From Epithemia pelagica (lineage: Eukaryota > Protista > Bacillariophyta): a DNA stretch of 64,000 nt. Location of the stretch: the NCBI GenBank assembly GCA_946965045.2, contig OX337233.1, positions 1,302,001 to 1,366,000 on the forward strand, in the 5' to 3' direction. Below the pieces are notes generated by a model, which had not been told where the DNA came from, ran no database searches, and saw nothing but the letters and a program-made list of their open reading frames with translations. Positions 1 through 12,814 of the stretch are shown here, one piece after another (the first letter of the stretch is position 1; every line of letters starts with the position of its first letter). Made by a program: the position numbers and the translations under genes.

Positions 1-691
1 GGAGTCCCGTAGAAAAATCTTGTCTATTTAGACTCCGCCGACGACCATACTAGCTTATGATGTCGCTAAGTAGGAGAATATTTGGTCTTGATTGGTCCGC
101 TCGAAGAACGTTACTTAGCCTTTGTCTAACGTCTATGCGAGGCGGATGGGGGATGGGCTTCACTTGTTGAACTAAAAAACTGGCGCCTGAAGAATGCAGA
201 CGTGTACCAAGAAAAAACGCAGAAAGAACCAAACACAACGCGCCATCATGATCGCACAAAAAGCAAAGATCCGATCCGAAACGCCAAACTCTTGTGCCAG
301 ATGGGTCCGATCATCAACCAATGAGCCACTAGCAACTGGCTGGTACCATCCAGGGCACCCTTTCTCTAGCGACAAGATTTCCTTATTGGCTCACAACACT
401 GTTCCTGTGGAACGGTTTCGTAGATACCTTGTCATTGACAAAACGAGTTTCATACGACAGATGTAGTACAATATTCTATAGGGCAGTTGTTCAAGGCCGG
501 ACCATGACGAAATTTGGCCCAACGAGAGCGTCGCTACCACTCGTTTCTCGTGTTTGCGAATCTCGTATCCAAGTCGTTACTCTTCTAGAGAGAGAGAGAG
601 ACTCTCCCCTAGTAGAGCAATGGGCGATTCGGTCCTTAAGGAGCCCACAACACAATATACAACAACATCTTTTGCGTCGTCGTCCACCAGC

Positions 692-1410
692 ATGAAGGTC
701 GTCTCATTCGTCTCCCACTTCCCATTCCAATTCGCATCTTCTTCTCATAGTGCGACCCATAAGCGATCGAATCTTTCCAGCTTCCGAATGTGGACCTGGC
801 CCTTTGTGCGATACGGGACCACGAATACGCCGGACGACGAGTCCCGGACACATACTACCTATATCGCCATCACACAGCCACTGCTTCCAACGCATCCATG
901 CAAGCAAGCTACAAAAGCCCCCCCAAACAACCCAACGAGACGACGATTCTCGTCATGGGACTGGGTATCTTCCCAATTTTCGGTGAGTACGTTGTGGCTT
1001 TCCTCTCGCCATATCTCATGGCCACAAACAAGAATCCATCGCGCACCTTTCGTTTGCCGGGTCACACGGCATGGATGCAACAACAACACATTGTGAGAGT
1101 GTGTCTCTGCGTACATTCCGCACGACCGTAGAGTGAGTCCGTTGAAACGATTTTTCTATCATTCCATCGCAACGGAACAGCGATTATTTCTTTTACACAA
1201 TCCACCAATTCCTTGCCAAGAAGAAGCACAGCGATAGAAAACCCATCTCTCGAACCACTTCGCCGTTCCACGACTCCGTCACCGAAAAACCGTTCTGCAC
1301 CGCCTGCAATCTTGTGGAAGAGTCTCATCCTCTTGTTTCTCCTATTGTTGTGGACGACACAAGCTTTGTTGTTTGTTGTTGTTGTTCTCGTGAGACGACG
1401 ATACGAATGA
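692..1410 (+). CDS. Possible small two-exon hypothetical membrane protein (692-1051, 1132-1410)
   Basis: ATG at 692 lies in ORF 554..1096. A putative GTTTGC..TAG intron (1052-1131) joins it in frame to an open stretch ending in a hydrophobic segment (ILWKSLILLFLLLLWTTQALLFVVVVLV). No homology recognised, and an antisense ORF (1062..1460) competes. Confidence 0.25.
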
Positions 1411-1498
1411 CCCACAGTCAAAGCCGAATACCAAGACAAGAGAACCAACCACAACAACAACCACTACTACTACCACCACTCCTAGTACCTACCAAACC

Positions 1499-4138
1499 TT
1501 GCAACTCTTGAGAGAAAGAGAGAGCATGTCATCCACAAGGATGCACTCGTCGTGGACCACCACTCCCCACAAGCCGACGACAACAACGACGGCTCCTCAA
1601 GTTCGTCTTTCGACCAATTATCAAATGGTGCTCGTGTCGTTGTCCTCTCCACCACCACAACAACATCAACGATCGTGGCAAGCACCACCACCCCCGTTGC
1701 CACAATTGCAAGCACCACATTTGCTGGACAATTCATTTACCCAGCCACCCCCACCGCCGCCGCCGCGAACCATGAAGAAGACGAATGAAACCGAACCGAA
1801 TCGCAGTAGTAGCAGGGAAAAGGATTCGATGCATTCGTTCCCACAACCACCACCACCCTGCGTACCAGAAAAACAGTCCTTTTGCTCCCCACCAGGCACG
1901 GTTCCCCTCCCAGATCCCCAGAGTTCCTCGGCGGATGACACGTGCTCCATGAGTTACTCGGATTCCTCTTGCTGTTCCTGTGAAGACTTGACGACCACCA
2001 CCCATTCCAGTCCTTCTCCCACCCACCCACCAACAACAACACTAGAGGAACCACCACAACCCACACGATACCTTGGACGTGATGGTGGTGGACAACAACA
2101 ACAACAACAACAACAAAGACAACGAATCCGACCCGTCATGGCACGAGAAGATTATTTTTTTGGGATGCGACGACACGAGGATGAAACGACAACGTTTTCT
2201 AGTCCCCAACCACCACAACCCACCACCAATCCTCTATTCCACCAACAGGAGCAGCATGATGTGTCGCCCACAAGCATGGCGACTGTGGAGGAGAAGAAAA
2301 GCGATGAGGAACAACAACATGAGACTGAAAACGAAACCAGCGAGCCGCCGTATCCGTATTCACCTTCGTGCCAAACGGACCGAACCAAGACTCGTCGTCG
2401 TCGTCGCCATCGGTTCCAGTGGGAAGCCAAGGAACATCCCGTAGTCTTGGTATGGGAGCCGCAAGAAACAGACCCGAATGGCGCCACCAACAGCAGTAGT
2501 ACTACCGCAGCATCCGAGTACTTTGACGAGCAAGAAACCTTTTTGCAAACCCATGGAGCGTCGATTGACCACGATGTCACCGTGTTTCATGCTTCTTCTT
2601 CTTCTTCTTCGAGTACGAAGAGTATGGAATCATTTTCCAATCGAGTCGACACTCCTCTCCCGTCTTCCTGGGAGGATTCACCGACTCGTCCGTCTTCTTC
2701 GTCTTTGCAGTTTGTCTACCAATCGTCGTCCTTCTCACCCACAAAAAAGAGTCCCAACACCAAACGACGAATGGGAGAGGATGAATGGTCGCATCAAACC
2801 GCCATAACGACCCTGACTACCACTACCAGTGCCTCGGTCACGACCATGGAAACGACTAGCCAGGAGGGACCCGACACTAGAGACGCCACCACCCAAGAGC
2901 CGGAACCGACCATGGAACCATGTAGTGGTGGTGGTGCTGTGCCAGACCCATTGTCTCCTGGTTTGGAAGTGTCCCATTCCCTGTCCTTTTCGTCCATTCA
3001 CGACCCCGAGTTTACCTCCATGATTCGTGCCACACGCGAGATTGGAATCCCGAATCACAACCACAACAACGACGACGAACCAGACTTGGAGGAACAAGAC
3101 ACCCACAATAGCACGAACGACGTAAATGTCCTTGAAACACCCGAACACCAGGCGTCCCACGATCCAGTGGTACTACCCGACGATGAACCGCAGGCATGGA
3201 ATCCAGCCTTACTGCACACGGTCGTAGATTTGGTCCAGGAATTGGAAAACCAACGGAACGAAACCAACCCGGAAGATTCATCGGATGAATCCCCCACATC
3301 CTCATTCCTGTTTAAACAGGAGGAACAACAACAACAACAACAAATGGCGGATAATAACGCCAAACTGGAACAACCCACACAGCCCGATATGAATGTCCAA
3401 GAGGGAATTAGAGACAGCAATGACCACGACACAAGTCCCCCACTCAAATACCTTGTCAAGAGTACCGACCAGGACGTCAACGACATGTCAACCACGAAAC
3501 GGTCATTGTATTCAAAACCTTGTGATTTCGAGGACTTTTCTGCTTCCTCAAACCGGGACCAGGGTAAAGATGCTATGAAACAGAAGCCTTCTCCAAAGGA
3601 TACGGTGACGACGACGGAAACACCCAAAACCAGGGAAACAAAAGCCACCAAGGTTTTGTCTCCGGTGGCTGCGGCGGTATCCAAGGAGCTTTCGGTATTT
3701 TGGCCTGGTGCGGCTGGTGCCTATACCATTTACAAACACCACAAACAACGACTAGAGGTTCAACAAAAGAGACAGGAACGACCCATTTCCAGCTGGGGTT
3801 CTTCCTTGGGTCACTTTGAGCACAATCGGAACCAAGCGGAAAACGACACGGACAACCGTAGCGAAAACACGACTCCACCTCTGTTTTTCTGCTGTGGTTC
3901 CTACTACTACGACGACTATCTGTACGATGAGACGGATCAAACAGACTATCATGCATATTACCGGGGCAAGGCCAAAGACAACCAACATGACCAAGCCAAG
4001 AAAGATTGCGATGAAGCACCGTGGGGACACGATTGGGATGCGTGGATGGGAAAGGTTGCGGCAGTACCAATACCTCTTTCCACGAACAACAACGAAAAGG
4101 ATCATAACCCACGAGAACCCACCGTTAAAGAGGTGTAA
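1499..4138 (+). CDS. Low-complexity S/T/P/Q/E-rich hypothetical protein (~870 aa)
   Basis: 879-codon ORF with first ATG at 1526; the frame is open from 1394, so an upstream exon is possible. Poly-Q/T/S/P runs; no recognisable domain. Confidence 0.65.
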   Translation: MQLLRERESMSSTRMHSSWTTTPHKPTTTTTAPQVRLSTNYQMVLVSLSSPPPQQHQRSWQAPPPPLPQLQAPHLLDNSFTQPPPPPPPRTMKKTNETEPNRSSSREKDSMHSFPQPPPPCVPEKQSFCSPPGTVPLPDPQSSSADDTCSMSYSDSSCCSCEDLTTTTHSSPSPTHPPTTTLEEPPQPTRYLGRDGGGQQQQQQQQRQRIRPVMAREDYFFGMRRHEDETTTFSSPQPPQPTTNPLFHQQEQHDVSPTSMATVEEKKSDEEQQHETENETSEPPYPYSPSCQTDRTKTRRRRRHRFQWEAKEHPVVLVWEPQETDPNGATNSSSTTAASEYFDEQETFLQTHGASIDHDVTVFHASSSSSSSTKSMESFSNRVDTPLPSSWEDSPTRPSSSSLQFVYQSSSFSPTKKSPNTKRRMGEDEWSHQTAITTLTTTTSASVTTMETTSQEGPDTRDATTQEPEPTMEPCSGGGAVPDPLSPGLEVSHSLSFSSIHDPEFTSMIRATREIGIPNHNHNNDDEPDLEEQDTHNSTNDVNVLETPEHQASHDPVVLPDDEPQAWNPALLHTVVDLVQELENQRNETNPEDSSDESPTSSFLFKQEEQQQQQQMADNNAKLEQPTQPDMNVQEGIRDSNDHDTSPPLKYLVKSTDQDVNDMSTTKRSLYSKPCDFEDFSASSNRDQGKDAMKQKPSPKDTVTTTETPKTRETKATKVLSPVAAAVSKELSVFWPGAAGAYTIYKHHKQRLEVQQKRQERPISSWGSSLGHFEHNRNQAENDTDNRSENTTPPLFFCCGSYYYDDYLYDETDQTDYHAYYRGKAKDNQHDQAKKDCDEAPWGHDWDAWMGKVAAVPIPLSTNNNEKDHNPREPTVKEV

Positions 4139-4188
4139 ACCAGCTACGAATCACAGCTGGTTCTAACCTTCATTTCTATAGAAGTAGA

Positions 4189-6738
4189 CTATTTTGTATT
4201 CTTTTTCTTGTTCGCTGCTCCTCGTTGTTTTCGTGCTGGTACACCTTTGCGCAACAGAACTTGAATGGCGGTGGGTGGAACGTTGTAGGGCGAATCTTTG
4301 GCACCCCCATGAGAGGTCAATGACGCATCTCCCACCAACAAGGCTTCCACTTCGTCGACCCAATTCCCTTGCAATTGCAATTCCACGTGACCAACTTCTT
4401 CCACAGTGACGGCACAAGCGAAACGATGCATCAATTCCTGTCTCAAGGTGGGGACGTGAACGCCGTAGATGTCCATGGCGGCAGTACCGTAAAGTTTGGT
4501 ACAATACTTTTTGGTTTGTCGTCGCACCACTTCAATGGTGAGTAGTGGTGGTTTCCCACGTCCCAATTTTTTGACGCGATTGCCTGGCATGGCGACCAGA
4601 GCATAGGCTGTCTCCATCTTGTCGAGCCATGCGGCCGACAAGTCCTTTCGCGATAGTTGCATTGGGGGAGGAGGTTCGTCGGCACTACTGCCTGTTTGCT
4701 GTTGTTTTTGTTTGTTGGCTTTCTTGTTCTTGTGGTACAAGGCATCGGTCAAGGGTCCATCCAATAGAACCTGACCAGGATTTCGACGATCCACCAGGGA
4801 TTCTCGTTCCAGGTATTGTTCCAGAATAGCCTTGACTTCTTTGGACGTTAAAAATCCTGTCCCTCGTCGTTCGTCACTCGAGGCATTTTGCGCTTGGACA
4901 TCGGCGTCATTTAAACGAAGGAGTGCGACCCAGTTTTGAGGAATACGATACAAGTCCACCAACACCAGTCGGTCCACTGTGGACTGTTGTTGTTGTTGCT
5001 GTTCATTGGATTCTTGTTGTTGGGCTTTCTTTTCTTGTTGATAGGGAATCAAATCGTCATGTCGTGGATCATAGGCCACTAGCATGGCCATGGGATCCTT
5101 TTTGCCAGCATCGAGTCCCACTTGAATCAATTCTCGATCAATTTGTTCTTGCACGTAGACTCCAAACTTTTTGTACCGTGTTTGTTTCAATTGAATCTTG
5201 GAGGATGGTTGTTGTTGTTTCAACACGTGTTGACTGTAAAAGACGGACATAGCCATGGGCAAATCACGCTTGAGATGCAATTGTACCAAGGCACGACACG
5301 TTGCTTGATGCAAAACCTCCTCGGGAGAAAGTGTGGCCTCCGAGAGACTGGTTTGGTCGTTGACTTGTTGGTCTTGTTCCTGTCCTTGCGAATCTGTTGT
5401 TGTTCCTGCTGCAGCTGTCGAAGATGCCTCAATAGGAGTACTTGCAGCTGTGGCGACCTCAGCAAGATTGTTCTTGTCTTCACTGGTATCGTCCTCCACT
5501 ATTGCATCCTCGTTTGACACTGGAGGAGTGTCTGTCAAACTGCTAGTATTTGGGTGGTCCGTCTCTTGCTGCTGCTGCGATGCTTCGTCTGTTTGTACAG
5601 CCGCCACGACTGGAACCACATGTTGTCCTTGGACAAAACCAGGATTGCCATAGTGTCCTTGATCAAACAAGGACAAGACGGTATCGTTCGGCGTGGTTGG
5701 TTTTGTGGTTGTTGTTGTAGGTGGTGGCAATTGTTGTCGCCACAAATCGTCACCATAACAGGTATAGATGTTCACGGCCACTCCTTGCGTTCCTGGTCCA
5801 TACAAGGAATCGGAGGAAATCCATTCCTGACAGTCCGACTCCAAACATCCAACAGCAAAGGGTTGTGGATTGCCTTGGACTTGAATCAAACAGAGCCAAG
5901 ACGAGAAAGAGGACTGCAGGAGGTCCTTGTCCTTGTCGTCTAAAGACCAATTGTTGGGTAGATGAATTTGCGCAATCCCTGCCTTCATCAAATCGGCACC
6001 ACGACACAAGTACTTGGAAACATGTGGAAAAATGACAATGGTGGGAAGCAAGTCGGCAAACAAGGGTGTTTTCGTTGTGGTTGTTGTTTCTGTAGTGGTT
6101 GTCGTCGTCAGGACCGACTGCAAGGGAAGGAGTGACAGGGCACTCATCAATGCCACAGTTGGCAATGGCAAGTACTGTGATCCACTTTCTTGGACTTCCA
6201 ACCAAATGGCTTGTGTCAATTGATGATAGGGCCAGAACCAGACTGAATCATCCTTGTCCGTCGATTCGTCATCGTTGGGTCCACGATAATAAATTCGTAT
6301 CCGTTTTTCCGTCACGGGCTGGACCAAAGTACGTTGCAGCAAACTGCCCTTGAGAAAAATGTAGTGCAACTGGGTGGCCCATGTTGCCGCAACAGAAGCC
6401 TCCGTGCTGTGTGGTGGTGGTTGCTCTTGTTGTTGCAAAGACGACGACGATTCCGCCTCTTTTTCGTCATTTTCCGTCACATGGATGTCCTCATTCACAA
6501 CAGAAGACGACAACTGAAAGACTTGCAGAGCGTTTTGCAACAAGTGTCGACGATCCGATTTGCGGACCGGTGTATCCTTGCCTCGTTTAATGGCAGGCAA
6601 CGACGCAGAAGAAGAAGGTTGAGGTCGACGCGAATTGGAGTTCTTGCCCTTTCCTTTGGAAGTATCTTTGCTATTCGTTGGTGTCGTAGTTGCTGTTGTG
6701 GTTTGGACACTGCTCTTGTCCTTGCCAAACAACACCAT
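4189..6738 (-). CDS. eIF2D: Eukaryotic translation initiation factor 2D (ligatin/TMA64)
   Basis: N-terminal KSDRRHL; PUA-like segment IVIFPHVSKYLCRGADLMKAGI; SWIB-like KEVKAILEQYLERESL..LLDGPLTDAL; C-terminal SUI1 domain (VRRQTKKYCTKL..ELMHRFACAVTV..LQLQGN). Probable ATG at 6738. Confidence 0.92.
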   Translation of the reverse strand: MVLFGKDKSSVQTTTATTTPTNSKDTSKGKGKNSNSRRPQPSSSASLPAIKRGKDTPVRKSDRRHLLQNALQVFQLSSSVVNEDIHVTENDEKEAESSSSLQQQEQPPPHSTEASVAATWATQLHYIFLKGSLLQRTLVQPVTEKRIRIYYRGPNDDESTDKDDSVWFWPYHQLTQAIWLEVQESGSQYLPLPTVALMSALSLLPLQSVLTTTTTTETTTTTKTPLFADLLPTIVIFPHVSKYLCRGADLMKAGIAQIHLPNNWSLDDKDKDLLQSSFSSWLCLIQVQGNPQPFAVGCLESDCQEWISSDSLYGPGTQGVAVNIYTCYGDDLWRQQLPPPTTTTTKPTTPNDTVLSLFDQGHYGNPGFVQGQHVVPVVAAVQTDEASQQQQETDHPNTSSLTDTPPVSNEDAIVEDDTSEDKNNLAEVATAASTPIEASSTAAAGTTTDSQGQEQDQQVNDQTSLSEATLSPEEVLHQATCRALVQLHLKRDLPMAMSVFYSQHVLKQQQPSSKIQLKQTRYKKFGVYVQEQIDRELIQVGLDAGKKDPMAMLVAYDPRHDDLIPYQQEKKAQQQESNEQQQQQQSTVDRLVLVDLYRIPQNWVALLRLNDADVQAQNASSDERRGTGFLTSKEVKAILEQYLERESLVDRRNPGQVLLDGPLTDALYHKNKKANKQKQQQTGSSADEPPPPMQLSRKDLSAAWLDKMETAYALVAMPGNRVKKLGRGKPPLLTIEVVRRQTKKYCTKLYGTAAMDIYGVHVPTLRQELMHRFACAVTVEEVGHVELQLQGNWVDEVEALLVGDASLTSHGGAKDSPYNVPPTAIQVLLRKGVPARKQRGAANKKKNTK

Positions 6739-7230
6739 GGTGCCCCAACAAATCCAACAGAAAGGATTTGGAGCGAAACAATTAAAAGTCAGTCTTGTCA
6801 CGGGTACTATGAGCGACCCCCTTATAAGGAGGTCTCTTTTAAGTCGCTTAAATCAGCTCTCTACCTGTCGACTTTTGGCCACCTTGTAGTTGTAGGTAGG
6901 AGTACCTTAGGAGTGCCACAGAAACTACCGTCGTAGACGGCTGCCTGGACTTGAGATCACGACTCCAATTCAAAGTAACGTGGCACAACATACTCACTCT
7001 CTTCTACTCCTAGAGTAGGTTTATGGGAGTAGTTGGTATTATCATCTATAGGCATGCAATCTTACAGCAATGACTTTCTGTACAGTCTATCTAAAATCTA
7101 AGCCGAATGGCAACATTTCTTCTCTGGTATCTTGTTCCATCATTGTGGTTTGAGCTCGATACAATTCCTTTCGAAAATGAGTTTTGTAGTGAATCGGTGT
7201 GGCACACAGCCTACAATCCAATCCTTTATA

Positions 7231-7928
7231 TTACTGGTGCTTCGCCGGTGTCCTCTTGGAAAGCCATTGTATTGTAAAGCGTTCCCAACGACTCGATCCA
7301 CGACTTGGAAAGGAGGAGGACGACTGCTTTTTCTCTGGTGGCGATGAAGGACGTTTTGATGATTTGAACACCCCTCGTGACGACACGGTTCTTGTTTTGG
7401 TGGTAGTGGTGGTGGTGACGGACGGCACCGAACTAGTCTTGAAATCTTGATTCTTGGTTTCGTCTTCTTGCAGATCCACCGTGAAAAAGGGACCGTCTTG
7501 ATCGTCTTCCGAATGGTTGGACAAGTCCGCCGTATGGTCGTCCCAGTAGTCGTCGTCGTCGTCCATAAAGTTGACAGAATACCTCTTCTTCTTGTCGTGA
7601 TTGCCGGAGGAGGATGAAAAGAGAATTGGTGTGTCCACGAGTTTTCGAATCATTCTGCCTTGCTTGAGGGTTGTTGTTGTTGGTTTGTTCGTTTGGGTGT
7701 TCTATTGTGCGTGTGATTATTTGTGAGAAAGCGAATGGAGTGAACGTGGTCTTGGTCGGAGTAATTCACATTGGATCTTGGATCTTGCGAGTTTGGGTGC
7801 GGTTTTGTTCGCGCTTGTTTGTCACGGTTCATGTCGTGTTGCCTTGCGACCTTATGTATCCGTAGCAGTCCGGTTGTCGCAAGTGCAGCCGTGAAAATGT
7901 CGTACGGAGTCGCAAAACCGGTTTCGGA
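7231..7928 (-). CDS. Hypothetical protein, spliced (exons ~7928-7770 and 7701-7231; 5' end unresolved)
   Basis: A GTGAAT..CTCAC..TAG intron (7769-7702, 68 nt) joins ORF 7650..7832 in frame to ORF 7231..7653. No domain recognised. Confidence 0.4.
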
Positions 7929-8595
7929 CTATTTGGCAGTTCGGGCTCGCGGAACGGAGGCCCATCCTCCCGACGCAGGCCGGACAGCCAGCAAACACAA
8001 ACATCGAGAACAATCAACAATGCTCGTTTATGTAATGTTTTGTACAAACGCAGTTGTGGACTATGCCAAGAATGATGCGAATTCCTGCTTTTGCGCTCCT
8101 CCTCCTAACCCCAGCCACACAAACGTCGTATTTTGATCGTGTGGAGCTCGAAGATTCCAGCCTCCCAAGCGAGACGACGGAGAATGCCTCCCTTGGTCTC
8201 GTCAAACGGGACCCAACTTTGCCCATCATCATCATGGGAAGTCCTAGAATATACGACAATGTCGCTTTCCCGATAGTTTCCCCCATATCGCATTCAATCA
8301 TGTTGTCAAACCCAGAACATGGAGTGTAGTTCCAGAGCTACAAACCAGCAGAGTCCGACTCAATGAGATCGAATGAGAATCCAAGAGAGACGGAATGATC
8401 CATATTCGTTGCAGATCGTAGATCCATAATGAAAAATAATTGTTATATAGAATGATAGTGGATGCCCATCAGGAACCTCAAAGTGAATTTGCGATCAGTC
8501 TTAAACTTTAATACTGAGATTAGCCTAACGTTCTACCAAGAAAGTACTGAGACCACTTTATCCACAGAGAACCGCGATTTATCGTTTCAGATGAA

Positions 8596-11500
8596 CTAGT
8601 CATCTTGGTGCTCTGCGCGTCGTTGTTCCAAGGCATCCATGGACCCTGAGGAATTCAGGACGACCTCGAGGCATGCGCGACAAATGAACGGATTGTTCTC
8701 ATCTTCTTCAGAACGGATAGGTTCATAAAACTCTTGGTTGCATTCATCGCAACGGTAGAGAGCATGTGTTGGGACCTCATGGTAGGACCTTCGATCAGGC
8801 GTCACCGGTGAGGAACTGTAGCGTTGATGATCCGAACGGCGACTGGATCGCTGCGAGTGACGATCATCGTCTGAATGATAGTCATCATCCAAGCTCGACA
8901 AAACGCGGGCAACAACTTCTTTCGTAGACCGCCGTCCTTCGCTTTTGCAAGAACGTGAAGAGGAACGCAACATACTTGGACCATGCGGAGGCGTTTCCAT
9001 ATTGGAAATCTTGGACACTGATCGTGAAATTCTATCCGAAGGTGTTCCTCGCACTCCATAATAGCTCGTTGACCTGGAGTGACCGTCGGATGATTGAGAA
9101 ACACTCTCCGAATATCGTCTTCTTGGACGAGTCGGCGTGGTCATGGCGGCTTTCACAGATACTGAGATATTTTCAACCGCCTGTTGTACGAACTTTTCTT
9201 CTTTCCGCTCTCTAACCTGAGCCATGTACTGTGAAGCCTCCCGAAATCGACGAACGTCATACTCATGAACTGCCATGAGGAGGACTCGGTGTTGTTCAAA
9301 CATCTCCTCCATCTCAGTTTCAAATTCGCGTAGTTGAAGGCGAAGGTTAAGCTCCTTGTCTTCACATTCCTTCGCGAGTGAGTCTTCCGAAGACGTTGAA
9401 GCTGCTGTAGGGATTGTTTCTTGTTGCAGATGGGGAATTGGTCCACCATATATCTCATTCTGGTTTCGTGAATGTGAACGAACCTGTGACTTCTCATTTT
9501 CTTCCTGAATCAGGGCCTGAGGTTTCCACACTGATTCAATATTTTCATCGTTAGATGCGTCATTTTCAGTGCTGACTGGAACAACAAGATGAACATCGTT
9601 TTTGTCCACGTAAACAAGAGTATTGTCGTCGTCATCATCATCTTGCTGACCGTCACTGTCATGTGTCTTCTCAGGACTCTCGTTTTCAGTTCTACCAAGC
9701 TTTTTATTGCTTTGCTCGAAAGCGTCATGCACTGGATCGGAGGGATCCTTTCGATTCATTTTGTTCGTCTCAGTACACGGACTGGCCAATGCAGCAACAC
9801 CATCTTTGAACGCTTCTATAAGCTTGTTAGCCGAGCAGTGGAAGTACTCACGCTGCGAAAGAATTTCAATTTTGCCTTCGTCTTCTTTCTCCAGTTTCAT
9901 TCCATTGCACCTATAAGTGCCTTTTTTCAAACCCCTTCGCTCCAATGGAGGATTCCTCTTCTTTTTGGTCGGATGCACCATGTAGCTGACCGAGCATGTG
10001 CGAGCAAAGACATGAAAGGTGACAGTTAGATTCTCTCCAGTACTTGTGGTGTCGGACGCCGAAAGAATTAACACTTGCTGTGGATCCTCCTGGAATGATT
10101 CTTCGACTAGACCGTGACAAGCAGTCACTCCACGAAGAAAGTCCACGGTCCATGGCGTATCCGCTGCCGCGTCTCCTTGAACAGAAGCGTCAGGAGACGC
10201 GTTCGATTCGGAAAGCAACTGCAACAGTTCTGAGTTTGATAAACTTTCGGTACCATCGGGTCGTCGATCGAAAATCCACCCGGACGTGTTACACACGCGG
10301 TAAAATGTGATTGGCTTTTGCTTTCCTTCTCTGGAATACACAGTGCTTCCCACATCCATGATTTGGTAATCACACTGCAAAATAGTGTTGGGAGGAAAGA
10401 CTGTTGATCCTGTCGCATTCTCGGAAGGAGAATGGTCCAAGAGAGCATCCAATTCATCAGGTCCTGTATCATCTTCTTCAATGAGACGACGGCATGGATG
10501 TCGTCGCAATTCCATCCCTGCTCCATCATTGGCATTGGTAACTCTCACTTGCCACAAGCCCTTTTGGACTTGAACTTGGGACATGACTCGTCGTTTTTGT
10601 TTGTGCACAAATAGCCAACCAGAACCATCGGACAACCGCAAAAATGGTCCATCGCCAGCCGCATCATACTCGGGTGACGAACGAATCACATCCACCGATA
10701 CCACTTGGCCCTGTTGTATTTTCGCCTTGACGACAGAAGATCCAGTCGAGTTGGAGCTTGTTGGAGGTTCCGTAGTGGCACAAGGTTGCACAGTTAAATC
10801 GTAAAGCGCACGGAAGCAAAAGCATCCCGTTTGAACACACTCGGTTGTCAACAACATGGACCGAGGAACTGGATCATTCAGAGTCGGCATTTGTTTGTCC
10901 ACTAGCCATCCGGAGATGGTGGACTGGACACGATAAAACTTGACTTGTGAAATGGGATGAATGACACACGCATCACAAAAGACTTTTTGCATGGGTTGAT
11001 ACACCACCTCCAATGAACCAGAAACGGATGCATCTCTTGGCCGCTCCAGCTCTACTGCGAGTTGCAAGCCCGGCTTTGTGGAACGTGAGGATTGTTGTTG
11101 CTGCTGCATCATGGGATGACGCTTGAGGACCTGTCCATGAGGAACATTGTCCACATGCAGGGTCCAGAGTCCCCGTTCCAATGGTACTTGACGCATGCGG
11201 TCCACAGCCACCACTGTTCCACTGCTGATAAAGAATTGCTGGACGGGTAACCAGCCGGAACGATCCGCGAGCCGCACAAACTCCACGGCAATGAGTTCCT
11301 CATGGCTAATAGGGGCCTGACGAGAAGGATGATTGCTACGGCTGGAGAGAGAAGCACCACAAGAGGGACTGTTATCTTCCGATTCTCCCGTTCTTCCAGC
11401 TGTATAGCGACGATTGTTACGAAGCGGGGTTTTGTTGTAGGCATTGTCACTTTCGTTGGAAGCGGTTTTCCCTAGTGTTTGGTGATTTTTTGTCAAGGTT

Positions 11501-12424
11501 GAAAATGACATGTGTTGAATCAAATCCACGGCCACGAGTTCGTTCGCTTTAACGACACCAGATGACGATGCACTAGTGAATCGATCGTTTCCAGCGCCAA
11601 GAAGAGTTGGCCGACTTTGCACCACCAACTCGTCTTCCATAACCATGAACACAAACAGACCTTGTTCGTTCCATGTCAGTTCTGGAATACAAAGTAGCGA
11701 GCGATCAACCTGCGTGTCACCAAATTTTGTATCTCCTGCGCCTGTTGCGACAGACTTGGACTGCGATCCAAACACGCTGCTGCCTCCTCTTTTGACCATG
11801 GTTGAATGATTTTGTTTTTGTAACTGATCTGGTGAATTCTGGCGGATACCAGAAAGGGAAAAGTTATTGGCGACACGGGTACCATGATTGGAAGGACCTC
11901 TCATTCCGATCGTGTCCATCATTTTCTCGTCTTCCAAAGCTTCCTACTAAACCAAGAGAACGTTAAAGGCTTCAGAGAGTGATAGGAATGATGTTGGCGA
12001 CAATGCCCAGTTGCATGGAAGCGCATTTGTAGATGTTGTCGCTCATGGAGAGCGACGACTGAGTACAAGAAAATGTTGCCGCCTGGCGGCCTGTCCAGAA
12101 TTTGGGTCTTGCGGTGGTCATGCGCTTTTCGCAACTAATATTCTCCTTAGCAGAATATGTCAGTCTGTATTTAGTATTTAGGTATCCGGCACTTCAAACA
12201 TCCCTGAATTGCCCGCCCTATATTTACATTAAGTCGACGCTGGCTTCATCCTTCGCACGCATGGCGGCATTTCTAGTCCCTCGTTTTCGCAATATCCTCA
12301 AGATCTCTCTGCCACCCGTTGGGAAATTGTTTGTGGGAAAGCAGACGGTCGGTCCCTTCCTCTTTGGAACCATCTCGTCTGGAATATCAGCCGTGGTAAC
12401 AATCCACGGTTCTTGAGTTGACAT
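8596..12424 (-). CDS. Large hypothetical protein with four SH3-like 'SGW' repeats and a C-terminal CxxC..CxxC zinc ribbon
   Basis: 1113-aa ORF 8596..11937, preceded by an acceptor-like TAG at 11944-11946. Probable 5' exons at 12424-12228 and ~12134-12002 (splice sites uncertain). Repeats RLADRSGWL, RVQSTISGWL, RLSDGSGWL, RVCNTSGWI; C-terminal CDEC..CRAC. Confidence 0.75.
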
Positions 12425-12814
12425 TCCTCATTTCAAGCGGAATCCTAGAACATCGACAAGCAAATAAGAAGTCGACCACCTTGACGATTGCATCGAGTAT
12501 CCACTTCTCCTCATACAATGTCAAAATACTGCACACATGTACAAAGGGTAAAAACATCCGGACGCTGTCATCTCCTTATATCTAGCTACCCCTATGTCAG
12601 GTACGGATTGCGTGTCTCTATCTCCAAACTACTCCGAGCTGCTATCAATAAAAACTGAAATGCGATATATGATGATATATAAAGGTTTTTCCTTAGTTTG
12701 TTTCCGTCGAAATCTTTCTATCATAATGAAAGGGTCACATTCATGTGATAAGATCGACTTACTCCATAATCTTCTGACGCCGACGACGAGGTTGCGACTT
12801 ATAATCACAATCTT

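Noticed and set aside
1-553. Short ORFs at the window start
   Set aside because: No coherent gene model or motif could be supported.
1380-6500. (AAC)n/(GTT)n triplet runs, and (GA)n at ~589-602 and ~61594-61612, as CRISPR or a structured array
   Set aside because: Simple microsatellites, mostly encoding poly-Q/T/N, with no repeat-spacer pattern.
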